Shown: positions 1 through 8,989 of the stretch, in pieces | Position numbering within the stretch: the stretch's first letter is position 1 | How the letters are laid out: each line of letters starts with the position of its first letter | From: Escherichia phage UPWr_E1 | DNA length: 64,000 bases | Sequence record: PP418985.1 | Reading direction: 5' to 3' (one strand) | Program-made: the position numbers and the translations under genes | The notes under the pieces: generated by a model | Told to the model about the DNA's origin: nothing | Databases searched by the model: none | What the model saw: the letters and a program-made list of their open reading frames with translations, nothing else

Positions 1-1
1 A

Positions 2-1342
2 GCGGACTACTTCACCGAAGACGAAGAAAAACTGATTTATAAGCTGATTAAAAAGCACGTAGACGAATATTCCAATATTCCTACGCCAACTGCATTACAG
101 ATTGCTTTAGACAAGGAGAGAGGCAATCAGACAACATATGAAGGGGCTAAAACTCTTCTTGATTCGCTTGAGAATACACCGGAAGACCTTGATTGGTTAA
201 TGAAGGAAACCGAAAAATTTATTCGTGACCGTGCCATGTATAATGCAATGTCACGGGCGCTAGAGATTCAAGCGAACGCACAACTACCAAAAGAGAAACA
301 GAATAAGAAATTGCCTGGCGAGGGAGCTATTCCTGAGATCATGCAGGAAGCACTATCCATTACGTTTGATTCTGATGTAGGTCATGACTGGTTTAATGAC
401 TTTGAAAAACGATTCTTGCTATATCAGACTAAGGCGAATAAGATCCCGTTTAAGCTGCCGATGTTGAATAAAATCACGAAAGGTGGGGCAGAGAAAAAGA
501 CATTGAATGTTTTACTCGCTGGTGTAAACGTTGGCAAATCATTGGGTTTGTGTTCTCTTGCTGCGGACTATATGGAATGCGGTTATAATGTTCTGTATAT
601 CTCAATGGAGATGGCAGAGCACGTAGTAGCAAAACGTATTGACGCAAATTTGCTTGACATTACCTTAGATGAATTGGATAATGGCAATGTTTCCTTTGCT
701 GAATATTCCGCACGCATGAAACGTGTCAAGAATAAGAAAGCAGGAGAACGTCCAATCGGCAAGCTGATGATCAAGCAGTATCCGACTGGTGGCGCGAACT
801 CCAACCACTTTGAGGCGTTAATGAATGAATTGCGACTCAAGAAACAGTTTAAACCTGATGTTGTGATTGTTGACTATCTGGGGATTTGCGCATCGTCTCG
901 TTTGCGTGTATACTCTGAAAATAGTTACACACTAGTTAAAGCTATTGCGGAAGAATTGCGCGGATTTTTTGTTAAGTGGGATGTTGTTGGTTGGACTGCG
1001 GCACAGACTACCCGTGCTGGTTGGGACGCATCGGATCTTAACATGAGTGATACCGCTGAATCAGCAGGTCTTCCGGCTACAGCCGATTTTATGTTGGGTG
1101 TAATTGAAACCGAAGACCTTGCAAAAATGGGTGTTCAATTACTCAAGCAGATTAAATCTCGTTACGGTGATAAGAACTACTATTCACGGTTTAACGTTGG
1201 TGTGAAAAAAGGAAATCAGCGTTGGTATGAAGTTCCAAACCAGATCGCAGATCAGGAGAATGCACAAGTTAAACCACAAAGCGCACAGCAAGCAGAGAAA
1301 CGAGAAAAACTCGACGAGCTAGCAAATAACATGACTTTCTAA
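2..1342 (+). CDS. 41: Replicative DNA helicase (gp41-like, DnaB family), 5'-truncated at window edge
   Basis: Reading frame is open from the window start; Walker A GVNVGKS; close match to T4 gp41 along its length (KITKGGAE, YPTGGA, GLPATADFML). Confidence 0.9.
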   Translation, partial: ADYFTEDEEKLIYKLIKKHVDEYSNIPTPTALQIALDKERGNQTTYEGAKTLLDSLENTPEDLDWLMKETEKFIRDRAMYNAMSRALEIQANAQLPKEKQNKKLPGEGAIPEIMQEALSITFDSDVGHDWFNDFEKRFLLYQTKANKIPFKLPMLNKITKGGAEKKTLNVLLAGVNVGKSLGLCSLAADYMECGYNVLYISMEMAEHVVAKRIDANLLDITLDELDNGNVSFAEYSARMKRVKNKKAGERPIGKLMIKQYPTGGANSNHFEALMNELRLKKQFKPDVVIVDYLGICASSRLRVYSENSYTLVKAIAEELRGFFVKWDVVGWTAAQTTRAGWDASDLNMSDTAESAGLPATADFMLGVIETEDLAKMGVQLLKQIKSRYGDKNYYSRFNVGVKKGNQRWYEVPNQIADQENAQVKPQSAQQAEKREKLDELANNMTF

Positions 1343-1348
1343 TAAAAT

Positions 1349-1364
1349 GCGCCCTACGGGGCGC
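1349..1364 (+). terminator. Stem-loop after gene 41 (no U-tract)
   Basis: GCGCCC-TACG-GGGCGC hairpin right after the stop codon; not followed by a T-run. Confidence 0.3.
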
Positions 1365-1392
1365 TGGTGAATGATTTGATAGGAGATATAAC

Positions 1393-2028
1393 ATGATCGC
1401 TAATGCTTTACCGCCAAAATGGATCGTAAGTCGTTTTTATACTCTAAAGGAAGGTAACGCGCCTGATGGTCGTCCGATCCGAGATCTGTTTCTGGAGATG
1501 ACTACAGCCGAAGCACAGTTTTATAATGATCTGACAGACGATAAGCCATTTCTCGTAAATTCGGTGGACCTTGATGGCAATGTCACATCAATCATCACAC
1601 ATGGTGGGGGAGTGAAAAATATTACTTCTCTGCGTGATCACGGTTGGGAAATTTCTTGTGTATTTCCTGCGGATGTACGCGGATTCTTTGATGAGGTATC
1701 TGATATTAAAGTAAATGCACTGGAACCATATGACGAGATCCCACCACTGAAAGAAGAAAAAGAGTTGACACCGGAAGATGTAGGTAGTACACTACACCCT
1801 GACCTATTTAAGAAGATTAGCGGTTTATGGACTGTTACCCTGTATCCAACCGTATTAGGTTTAGAATTGGGTATGCCAACTTATTCTGATATTGATAATT
1901 GGACTAAGCACATCGATAAAGATGTTGAAAAACAGCGAAACAATGCTAAAATGCAACTTAAAGAGAAACGCAAAGATCTTGAACGACAACTGAAAGAAAC
2001 AAAACATTTGCTTTCTACGTTCGCTTGA
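1393..2028 (+). CDS. Hypothetical protein
   Basis: 211-aa ORF with SD-like AGGAG upstream; no recognisable family. Confidence 0.5.
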   Translation: MIANALPPKWIVSRFYTLKEGNAPDGRPIRDLFLEMTTAEAQFYNDLTDDKPFLVNSVDLDGNVTSIITHGGGVKNITSLRDHGWEISCVFPADVRGFFDEVSDIKVNALEPYDEIPPLKEEKELTPEDVGSTLHPDLFKKISGLWTVTLYPTVLGLELGMPTYSDIDNWTKHIDKDVEKQRNNAKMQLKEKRKDLERQLKETKHLLSTFA

Positions 2029-2058
2029 CCTATAATGAAACTCTAAGGAGACTATATT

Positions 2059-2433
2059 ATGAAAAATATGATTACACCGGAAGATGTAGCATTTAAAACC
2101 GCAAATAACGGAGACATTCTTATCTTTATTAACGGTAAACATGCTGGTATGGTTGAACCGGAAGGACGCTGGGGAGTCGCCGAACTTTATGATGTGGCTG
2201 GTGTAGATCCGAAAACTGCAATTGTTTTTCTGGCGGATAAAGATCAAATGCGTCGAAAAATTTCTGCGCTCTATAATGAAGCAGTATATTTCTACGAACC
2301 GTTTCATCGTATTAAAACGATCTCCCGCGTGACTCGAAAAGACGTTAACGCTTGTGTTATCAAGATTGTAGAGAATCAGGATAAACTGACGAAAGACCAG
2401 ATTGTTGACTTACTGAAAGAGATTATTCTATGA
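2059..2433 (+). CDS. Hypothetical protein
   Basis: 124-aa ORF with SD AAGGAG upstream. Confidence 0.5.
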   Translation: MKNMITPEDVAFKTANNGDILIFINGKHAGMVEPEGRWGVAELYDVAGVDPKTAIVFLADKDQMRRKISALYNEAVYFYEPFHRIKTISRVTRKDVNACVIKIVENQDKLTKDQIVDLLKEIIL

Positions 2434-2490
2434 TTGGCTTTAAGCAGTTTGTTGAAGAAAATAAACTCAAAGAAGATATGACCGCTGGCG

Positions 2491-2757
2491 ATGCTGGCGG
2501 CAATCCTGAGAAGATCGCAGCAGGGGAAACGAGCGGATCTATTACCAATCGTGGACCTAGCGTGGTGGGTAAAGAAAAACGCAAGAAGGAGAAAGACGGT
2601 GCTTAGTATCATCATGTTTATCGTTGGCTTGCTGTCCGCTATTATCGGTGTTGTTGTTTTCGGATTATCTGGACACAAAACAAAAACAGAAAAGTTATCC
2701 GAGATCACAATGTATGTTGGTGTAGTTCTCATTTTGTTGTCGGTGGCGCTTAAATGA
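2491..2757 (+). CDS. Hypothetical small membrane protein (start uncertain)
   Basis: C-terminal half has two hydrophobic helices (IIMFIVGLLSAIIGVVVFGL, VGVVLILLSVAL); the real start may be the GTG near 2599 after AAGGAG; overlaps an alternative-frame ORF at 2430-2606. Confidence 0.3.
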   Translation: MLAAILRRSQQGKRADLLPIVDLAWWVKKNARRRKTVLSIIMFIVGLLSAIIGVVVFGLSGHKTKTEKLSEITMYVGVVLILLSVALK

Positions 2758-2957
2758 TTACGATGAAATGTCTTAAAAGCACATATGCACTTTTTGAAGC
2801 CGGAAAAGAATATGAATTTACAGAACTTGATCCGGTAGGCCGTTTTCGTGTATTCTCTTACACATCGCCAGATGGTAGTGTCTATAAATTTGGCTTAGAT
2901 GAAAACGGAGAGAATGAAAATGAAAGTGTAGGAACTTTCATGAAATTTGAGCTATAA
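2754..2957 (+). CDS. Hypothetical protein
   Basis: 67-aa ORF. Confidence 0.4.
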   Translation: MITMKCLKSTYALFEAGKEYEFTELDPVGRFRVFSYTSPDGSVYKFGLDENGENENESVGTFMKFEL

Positions 2958-2966
2958 GAGGTTATT

Positions 2967-3995
2967 ATGATTTACTACGCAGATTATGAAATAGCGGAAA
3001 AAGCCATATACGGCGAACGAAATTTTAAACGGTTGCATACTAGCTCATTTACGCTGGTCTGTAGTTGTCCGATCTGCGGTGACTCAAAGAAAAATCATAC
3101 TCAAGCGCGATTCCGTATCTATACCTATAAGGATAGTTTGCGTTGTGGCTGTTTCAACTGTAACTACAATCAGCCGTTAGGTGAATTTCTCAAACAGTAT
3201 AAGCCGGACCTATTCAGGGAATGGCTTATGGAGAGACGGAAGGAACAAGGCGACCACAAGAACACCACGTTCAAGCCACTGAAAAAGGTAGAAAAGCCGG
3301 AGATTAAGAAAGTGCAAACATTGCCTTTCTGTGAAAGATTAGATACTCTTCCGGCTAATCATCCTATAATAAAGTATGTCAGTGATCGTTGCATTCCCCA
3401 CGATAAATGGGATCTTCTGTATTTCACGAGAGAATGGCAAAAGGTAGCAAATCACATTAAGGCTGATACTTTTAAGAATCCGCAACCTGAACCGCGTTTA
3501 GTGATTCCTATCTTTAACCGTGAGAACAAGATAGAATCCATTCAGGGGCGAGCATTGAGAAAGGATTACGGAAAGACCAAATATATGACGATTAAAACTC
3601 ACGAGTTAGCGAGTAAGGTCTATGGTCTTGAACGCGCCGATCCGAGAAAGCCAGTGTATTTCTTAGAAGGTCCGATCGATTCATTGTTTATTGATAACGG
3701 GTGTGCAATTACTGGCGGTACTTTGGGATTAGATGAAATCCCTTTCCCAGACCAGCGAGTGTTTGTACTTGATGCGGAACCACGGTCAGCCGATACAATG
3801 CACCGACTGGAAAAGTTTATCAATGCAGGGGAAAAGATTGTTTTGTGGGATCGTTGTCCGTGGCATTCTAAAGACGTTAACGCCATGATTCAGGACGAGG
3901 GCGCTACACGCGACCAGATCATGGAATATATCAAAGAGAACACCGTACAAGGTCTGATGGCTAAAATGCGGTTTATGAAATATTGTAAATTTTAA
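2967..3995 (+). CDS. 61: DNA primase (gp61-like)
   Basis: 342 aa, the T4 gp61 length; N-terminal zinc finger CPICGDSKK...CGCFNC; SD GAGG upstream. Confidence 0.9.
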   Translation: MIYYADYEIAEKAIYGERNFKRLHTSSFTLVCSCPICGDSKKNHTQARFRIYTYKDSLRCGCFNCNYNQPLGEFLKQYKPDLFREWLMERRKEQGDHKNTTFKPLKKVEKPEIKKVQTLPFCERLDTLPANHPIIKYVSDRCIPHDKWDLLYFTREWQKVANHIKADTFKNPQPEPRLVIPIFNRENKIESIQGRALRKDYGKTKYMTIKTHELASKVYGLERADPRKPVYFLEGPIDSLFIDNGCAITGGTLGLDEIPFPDQRVFVLDAEPRSADTMHRLEKFINAGEKIVLWDRCPWHSKDVNAMIQDEGATRDQIMEYIKENTVQGLMAKMRFMKYCKF

Positions 3996-4003
3996 TTAAT
4001 GAG

Positions 4004-4528
4004 GTGAATATGTCAGAATTTAATTCTTGTGCTGGTCTGGTTAACGAAAAAGATATTAACGCGGCTATCGCCGCATATCATCACGCGATTGCAGAAGGTA
4101 AAGATCCGTTTCAGGTGATGCTAGAAATGCAAACTGGTTTGCAGGTTGCATTATCCGAAAAATTTGATTGGGTCCCAAATCCAACTAAGCTAGAGACTTG
4201 CGGTGAAATGCTGGATTGGATGCAACGGATGGATGACGCTATCGCAGACGAAACACGAGAGCTTTACACATCGCTGGGTGGAATGTCCAATGGTAAAGAT
4301 GCAAGTGCAATCTGGAAAATGTGGAAAAAGAACCACGGGGAAGCGCGAGCGCGTAAATTCTCTGAACTGTCACCAGAAGATCAGCTTGAAGTGAAATTTG
4401 AATTTGTGGACGCGATCCACTTCATTCTGTCAAAGATGATCCCGCTGGGTATTGACGCTCAAGAACTCTTTATTCTGTACTATCTGAAAAATGCTGAAAA
4501 CTTCGCCCGTCAAGAACGCGGCTACTAA
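4004..4528 (+). CDS. Putative all-alpha NTP pyrophosphatase (dCTPase gp56-like)
   Basis: 174 aa (T4 gp56 is about 171); acidic helix motifs ADETRELYTSLG and EFVDAIHFIL resemble MazG/dCTPase-type pyrophosphatases; position matches T4 gene 56 region. Confidence 0.45.
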   Translation: MNMSEFNSCAGLVNEKDINAAIAAYHHAIAEGKDPFQVMLEMQTGLQVALSEKFDWVPNPTKLETCGEMLDWMQRMDDAIADETRELYTSLGGMSNGKDASAIWKMWKKNHGEARARKFSELSPEDQLEVKFEFVDAIHFILSKMIPLGIDAQELFILYYLKNAENFARQERGY

Positions 4529-4564
4529 AAATTAGTTGACCCTACTCTATAATGGTTTTATTAT

Positions 4565-4596
4565 GCCTCCCGTCGAAAGATTGGAGGCTTTTTTAT
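4565..4596 (+). terminator. Rho-independent terminator
   Basis: GCCTCC...GGAGGC hairpin followed by TTTTTTATT. Confidence 0.7.
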
Positions 4597-4597
4597 T

Positions 4598-5101
4598 ATG
4601 CAATTTACACCAGAAGAACTTAACATCATTGATGAAGTGATGAACTCTAAAGAAAATATCGATATGTCGATCCTTAATGGATTGATTGAAAAGACTGAAC
4701 GGTTAGTGCATCATGAAGCCTTGTATCGCGGTGTGAGCAAAAGAGAAGGCCGTAAGCTGGATACCTTAATTGTAGGTGATTCTTTCGTTGTAGAGCGTCC
4801 TATGAGCTTTACGCCACTGCAATCAACAGCAGAGGACTTTGCAACCGATGTTTATGCAACAGGAAAGATTATTGCAATAAAACCTACCAAGCCTTGCATG
4901 AATTATTACGAACATGCTATTGATCGAGTGGTGTCTAAAGAGTATGACAATCCGACTACTCGACTGTCTTTGTATGCTATGTTGGCGGATGAGCGCGAGT
5001 GCATATACAAGACAGGGACGACCATGATCCTTGATGAGATCGAGGAAGTTTACGCATGTAACGGCGATCTGATAGAGATTTACAAATTTTCTTTAATTTA
5101 A
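4598..5101 (+). CDS. Hypothetical protein, candidate Mod-like ADP-ribosyltransferase
   Basis: 167 aa; ordered R (LYRGV), S-x-T (MSFTP) and E-x-E (DERECIY) motifs like R-S-E ADP-ribosyltransferases; sits where T4 carries modA/modB. Confidence 0.35.
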   Translation: MQFTPEELNIIDEVMNSKENIDMSILNGLIEKTERLVHHEALYRGVSKREGRKLDTLIVGDSFVVERPMSFTPLQSTAEDFATDVYATGKIIAIKPTKPCMNYYEHAIDRVVSKEYDNPTTRLSLYAMLADERECIYKTGTTMILDEIEEVYACNGDLIEIYKFSLI

Positions 5102-5162
5102 GTGTTGACAGCACAAACCAGATAGACAATAATACACACATACCAACTAAGGAGAATCAATT

Positions 5163-5918
5163 ATGAAACTGTTTGCTTTTAAATCTAACGAAGAATTGGC
5201 GCTGGTTGTTTTCCGTCTGAACTCTATCATGGCTGGCGCTTCTCGTCGTAACAAAGACTTCTCTATGAGCTTAGTCACTGTGCGTAACATCTATCGCCAG
5301 ACTCATTGCGCATATTCCGGTGAGGCTTTCGGTGAAGGTGATGACGGACTCTCCTTAGAGCGCATTGATTGCAATCTGGGATATGTTGATGGCAATGTAA
5401 TTCCGGTTAAACTGAAATACAATTCTTTCCGTGGTAATCATACTATCGAATCTCTTAAAGAGATCCAGGAACTAGGAACTAACGGTAAACTTTCTGATGA
5501 TGAAATTGCCCTACGTGCGAAGTACATCGAGTGGATCGAACTTAACGAGAATCGCATCAAAAATCAGGAAATGGCAATCGAAGAAAAGAAATTAGCAATC
5601 GAGCGCCACAAAAAGCACAACGAACCGGAGAAAGCAGATGCAGCCGAGCGAGCGATTAAAAATACTCTCTTCCGTATGGAAGAACGTTATCAGAAAATTG
5701 CAGATCTCAAGCAAGCCCTTAGCGAAATCAACAAGAAAGAGGAAAAACTTAAGGCTATTGCAAACAATACCGAAATCGTGCTAAAATATACCAGCGTTTT
5801 GATTGAATCTCTTTCTAAGTATGAGAACTTAACGCCAGCACAAAAAGAACGCGTGAAATACGGGCTTCCGATTGATGCGTCGTGGATTGAATTGATGAAA
5901 GCGAAGGTAGGTTTATAA
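5163..5918 (+). CDS. Hypothetical protein with degenerate HNH-like N-terminal region and coiled-coil C-terminal half
   Basis: 251 aa; CAYSG...ERIDCNLGY...GN resembles an inactivated HNH core; positional equivalent of T4 srd (about 250 aa). Confidence 0.3.
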   Translation: MKLFAFKSNEELALVVFRLNSIMAGASRRNKDFSMSLVTVRNIYRQTHCAYSGEAFGEGDDGLSLERIDCNLGYVDGNVIPVKLKYNSFRGNHTIESLKEIQELGTNGKLSDDEIALRAKYIEWIELNENRIKNQEMAIEEKKLAIERHKKHNEPEKADAAERAIKNTLFRMEERYQKIADLKQALSEINKKEEKLKAIANNTEIVLKYTSVLIESLSKYENLTPAQKERVKYGLPIDASWIELMKAKVGL

Positions 5919-6232
5919 TGCATGTATTTGCTGTATGTTATCGTGATAAAGACGGATTCTTTCAATACTCAGTGGACGCGAAAGGTCGCGTCCTAACTTG
6001 CGAAACACATGATGCTGCGTTAGCGTCAATGTGTGATCAGATAGATTATTGTGAGAGTCTATTGGCAGGTGAACCGAAATACAAGGTTGTACCTAAACGA
6101 AAATTTGGTATAATCCGATCTTCTGAAATTGTTCGGGATGGTATAGAATACAAAATTCCTGAATATGAAAAAGAACGGGTACGGCGAGAACTCAATACTA
6201 TCTGTGTTCGCAAGGTGAGGATTTTAGGATAA
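5918..6232 (+). CDS. Hypothetical protein
   Basis: 104-aa ORF, start overlaps upstream stop (ATAATG). Confidence 0.45.
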   Translation: MHVFAVCYRDKDGFFQYSVDAKGRVLTCETHDAALASMCDQIDYCESLLAGEPKYKVVPKRKFGIIRSSEIVRDGIEYKIPEYEKERVRRELNTICVRKVRILG

Positions 6233-7623
6233 TGAGCAGAGTATTAACTTTCGATATGTTGACAGACGGACAAAAACATGCTTTTGATGTTCTAATGAAA
6301 CGCATTGAACAAAAGAAGCATACCACTGTCCGGGGTGCGGCGGGTACTGGTAAAACCGCAATGATGAAATTCATTGTTCAGGAAATGGTCCGCCGTGGTG
6401 TAACTGGTGTGGTTTTGGCAACGCCTACCCACCAGGCTAAAAAAGTTTTGAGTAAGGCGGTAGGTCGTCAAGCATTTACTTTACATGCACTACTGCGACT
6501 AAACCCGACTAACTATGAAGATACTCAAGTATTTGAGCAAAAAGATACTCCTAAACTAGATGATGTTCAGATCATCATTGTTGATGAAGCGAGTATGGTC
6601 GATAAGAAACTATTTGATATTCTCATGAAGAGTATCAACGGTCGAATTGTTGTTATTGCAGTTGGCGATCCGCACCAGTTACGACCAGTTGATCCGAGTG
6701 GTGCAACGTCAATTTCTCCTTTCTTCACGGATGAAAATTTTCAAAACGTGGAGTTGACAGAAATTAAACGATCTAATGCACCGATCATTGATGTGGCGAC
6801 CGCTGTCCGTAACGGTAAATGGGTATTCGAAAAGCAGTGCGGTAACGAGGGTGTATTCCATAGCTCAACTCTGCCGGAGTTTATGAAGCATTATTTCGAA
6901 ACCGTTAAAACGCCGGAAGACCTTCTAGAAAACCGTATTCTGGCCTACACTAACAAGAGCGTCGAAAAACTAAATGAAATTGTACGTAAGCGCGTTTATA
7001 ACACCGATGAACCAGTGATTGTAGATGAAATTCTGGTTACTCAGGAACCGTTGATCGAATATATGCGAGATGAACGCGGGAAGAAGATTCCCAATGTTAT
7101 TTTTAACAATGGTGAGATGATCCGAGTTAAAGAGGTCATCCCGCGTGAATTTACATTACGTTGCACGGGGGTAGATCCGCAACCAGTTTTAGGCTATACT
7201 CTGAAAGTGGAAAGCGTCGATGATGACGAAGACAAAGAAATCCTAAATCAGAAAGTAGGTTTAGATGCAGTCGGAATCACTACAGATAAACCGGATTTAG
7301 TAGAAATCAACATTCTGACAGAACAACGTCAGAAGAACATTTTCTCTATCTATCTGAATACGGTCGCCGGACAATATCGCGAAATGAAGAAAGAGAATCC
7401 AAAATTTAAACCAGATTGGGATTCCTTCTGGACGATGAAGCGTATGTTCTTGAATGTAAAAGCATTACCAGCTTGCACCATTCATAAGTCACAAGGGATC
7501 AGCGTAGACCGCGTGTTCCTGTACACTCCTTGCATGTGTACAGACAATGTTGACTTTGAATTGGCAATGCAGTTATTATATGTTGGTGTTACCCGTGCGC
7601 GGTATCGAGTAGACTATATTTGA
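6232..7623 (+). CDS. dda: Dda DNA helicase (SF1)
   Basis: Walker A GAAGTGKT, Walker B IVDEASM; close match to T4 Dda including the C-terminal LLYVGVTRARY. Confidence 0.9.
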   Translation: MSRVLTFDMLTDGQKHAFDVLMKRIEQKKHTTVRGAAGTGKTAMMKFIVQEMVRRGVTGVVLATPTHQAKKVLSKAVGRQAFTLHALLRLNPTNYEDTQVFEQKDTPKLDDVQIIIVDEASMVDKKLFDILMKSINGRIVVIAVGDPHQLRPVDPSGATSISPFFTDENFQNVELTEIKRSNAPIIDVATAVRNGKWVFEKQCGNEGVFHSSTLPEFMKHYFETVKTPEDLLENRILAYTNKSVEKLNEIVRKRVYNTDEPVIVDEILVTQEPLIEYMRDERGKKIPNVIFNNGEMIRVKEVIPREFTLRCTGVDPQPVLGYTLKVESVDDDEDKEILNQKVGLDAVGITTDKPDLVEINILTEQRQKNIFSIYLNTVAGQYREMKKENPKFKPDWDSFWTMKRMFLNVKALPACTIHKSQGISVDRVFLYTPCMCTDNVDFELAMQLLYVGVTRARYRVDYI

Positions 7624-7633
7624 GGAAATTATT

Positions 7634-7801
7634 ATGATTATGCGAAGTATCCCAGAATTTAATGATGTGACGGTAAGCCGTCACAATGGAACTGTTACCA
7701 TGTGCTTTAGATGGGGTCTGTACGGCTGGAACGTGTCCGGCGATAGTGAAGCTGCATGTATCAATAAAATGATCGAACATTTCACTAAGCGAGGTTTTTG
7801 A
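7634..7801 (+). CDS. Hypothetical small protein
   Basis: 55-aa ORF below the track cutoff, read by hand from the sequence; SD GAGGAAA upstream. Confidence 0.3.
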   Translation: MIMRSIPEFNDVTVSRHNGTVTMCFRWGLYGWNVSGDSEAACINKMIEHFTKRGF

Positions 7802-7802
7802 T

Positions 7803-8045
7803 ATGGTTGTTATTAACGATATCTCTAAGGTAATTCATCTTGAATCAATTGTCGCGTGGAACCGTCAAAAGATTCATTGTGACTATACACAACATGTAAT
7901 GAATTTTAACCACAAGGTACGCGCATACATGGCAACGGATCGACTGTTAACCGATAATTACGGTAAAGGAATTATTGATTGTAGCGGTTTCATTCTGGAT
8001 AAAAACGATCTGGAGTTATTCCGACACATCGCGGAGGATATTTAA
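7803..8045 (+). CDS. Hypothetical protein
   Basis: 80-aa ORF. Confidence 0.4.
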   Translation: MVVINDISKVIHLESIVAWNRQKIHCDYTQHVMNFNHKVRAYMATDRLLTDNYGKGIIDCSGFILDKNDLELFRHIAEDI

Positions 8046-8715
8046 AATGCTTCCAGTGGATTTAATGATTGACTTTGAAAGTTTAGGTTATCCGCCTGAT
8101 GGGGCGGTAATCAATATGGCGGCAATCGGATTTAAAGAAGACCCACATAATCCACCGACTTTTAAAGAACTGGTTGACAATTCCTTTCTGGTAAAATTTG
8201 ATATTCCTTCCCAGAAAGGTGTAAGGATCTTTGATCATGGTGTGGTTGAATGGTGGAAGAATACCGCCTCAGAAGGCATGAGAAAGCAATTAATCACAAA
8301 TGGTACGGAAGTATCAACTAAAGAAGGTTTAGCGCGTTTTAACGCATTCTGTGAATCTGTAGGAGTAGATCCGGTTAAATCCGTAATGTGGTCACGCGGT
8401 AATGCGTTTGATATTCCGTTACTAGTTGATATGATTCGACGTGCTCATAATACCCGTGAGACGTTCAGCCTTGAACCTGTGCGATTCTGGAACATCCGAG
8501 ATGTTCGCACCGCCATTGAGCGTACATTGATGCATCGTGGTATGTGTGAATGCCCGTTACCAATGGGTACGCTAGACGGATTTATCGCGCATGATGCAAT
8601 TCATGATTGCGCTCGCGATATTCTTATGCTAATCTATGCACAACGTTATGCTATGGGTCTGGAAGACCTACCAGAAAATCCAGATCCAAATTCAGTTAAG
8701 AAACAAAGGGGATAA
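8046..8715 (+). CDS. dexA: Exonuclease A (DexA-like DEDD 3'-5' exonuclease)
   Basis: Start moved to the ATG after GGAGGA; Exo motif I DFESLG and motif III HDAIHDCARD; adjacent to dda as in T4. Confidence 0.8.
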
Positions 8716-8716
8716 T

Positions 8717-8890
8717 ATGCCATTATATGATTATTCTTGTGAAGAACACGGTCAATTTCAGAAAATCCGCAAAATTTCCGAGCGTGAAAATGCAGAATGC
8801 CCTGAATGCGGTAAAGAATGCAAACAGGGATTGACTGCCCCGCGCGGGATTAATGGCGGGTATTACGATAAAAATGTGCGCGTGTCATGA
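8717..8890 (+). CDS. Zinc-ribbon protein (FmdB-like)
   Basis: MPLYDYSCEEHGQFQ...CPECGKEC; start moved to internal ATG. Confidence 0.5.
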   Translation: MPLYDYSCEEHGQFQKIRKISERENAECPECGKECKQGLTAPRGINGGYYDKNVRVS

Positions 8891-8989
8891 GTCATATACT
8901 TGACAATCACTCAATTTTTAATATGATTGTTGCAGCCGTCTTTGTGGCGGTTGCAGTAAGTTATGGTTATGTTATGAAGAGGTTTAATA

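Noticed and set aside
4535-4553. TTGACC ... TATAAT pair after the dCTPase-like gene
   Set aside because: The spacer is only 7 bp, so it cannot be a functional sigma70 promoter
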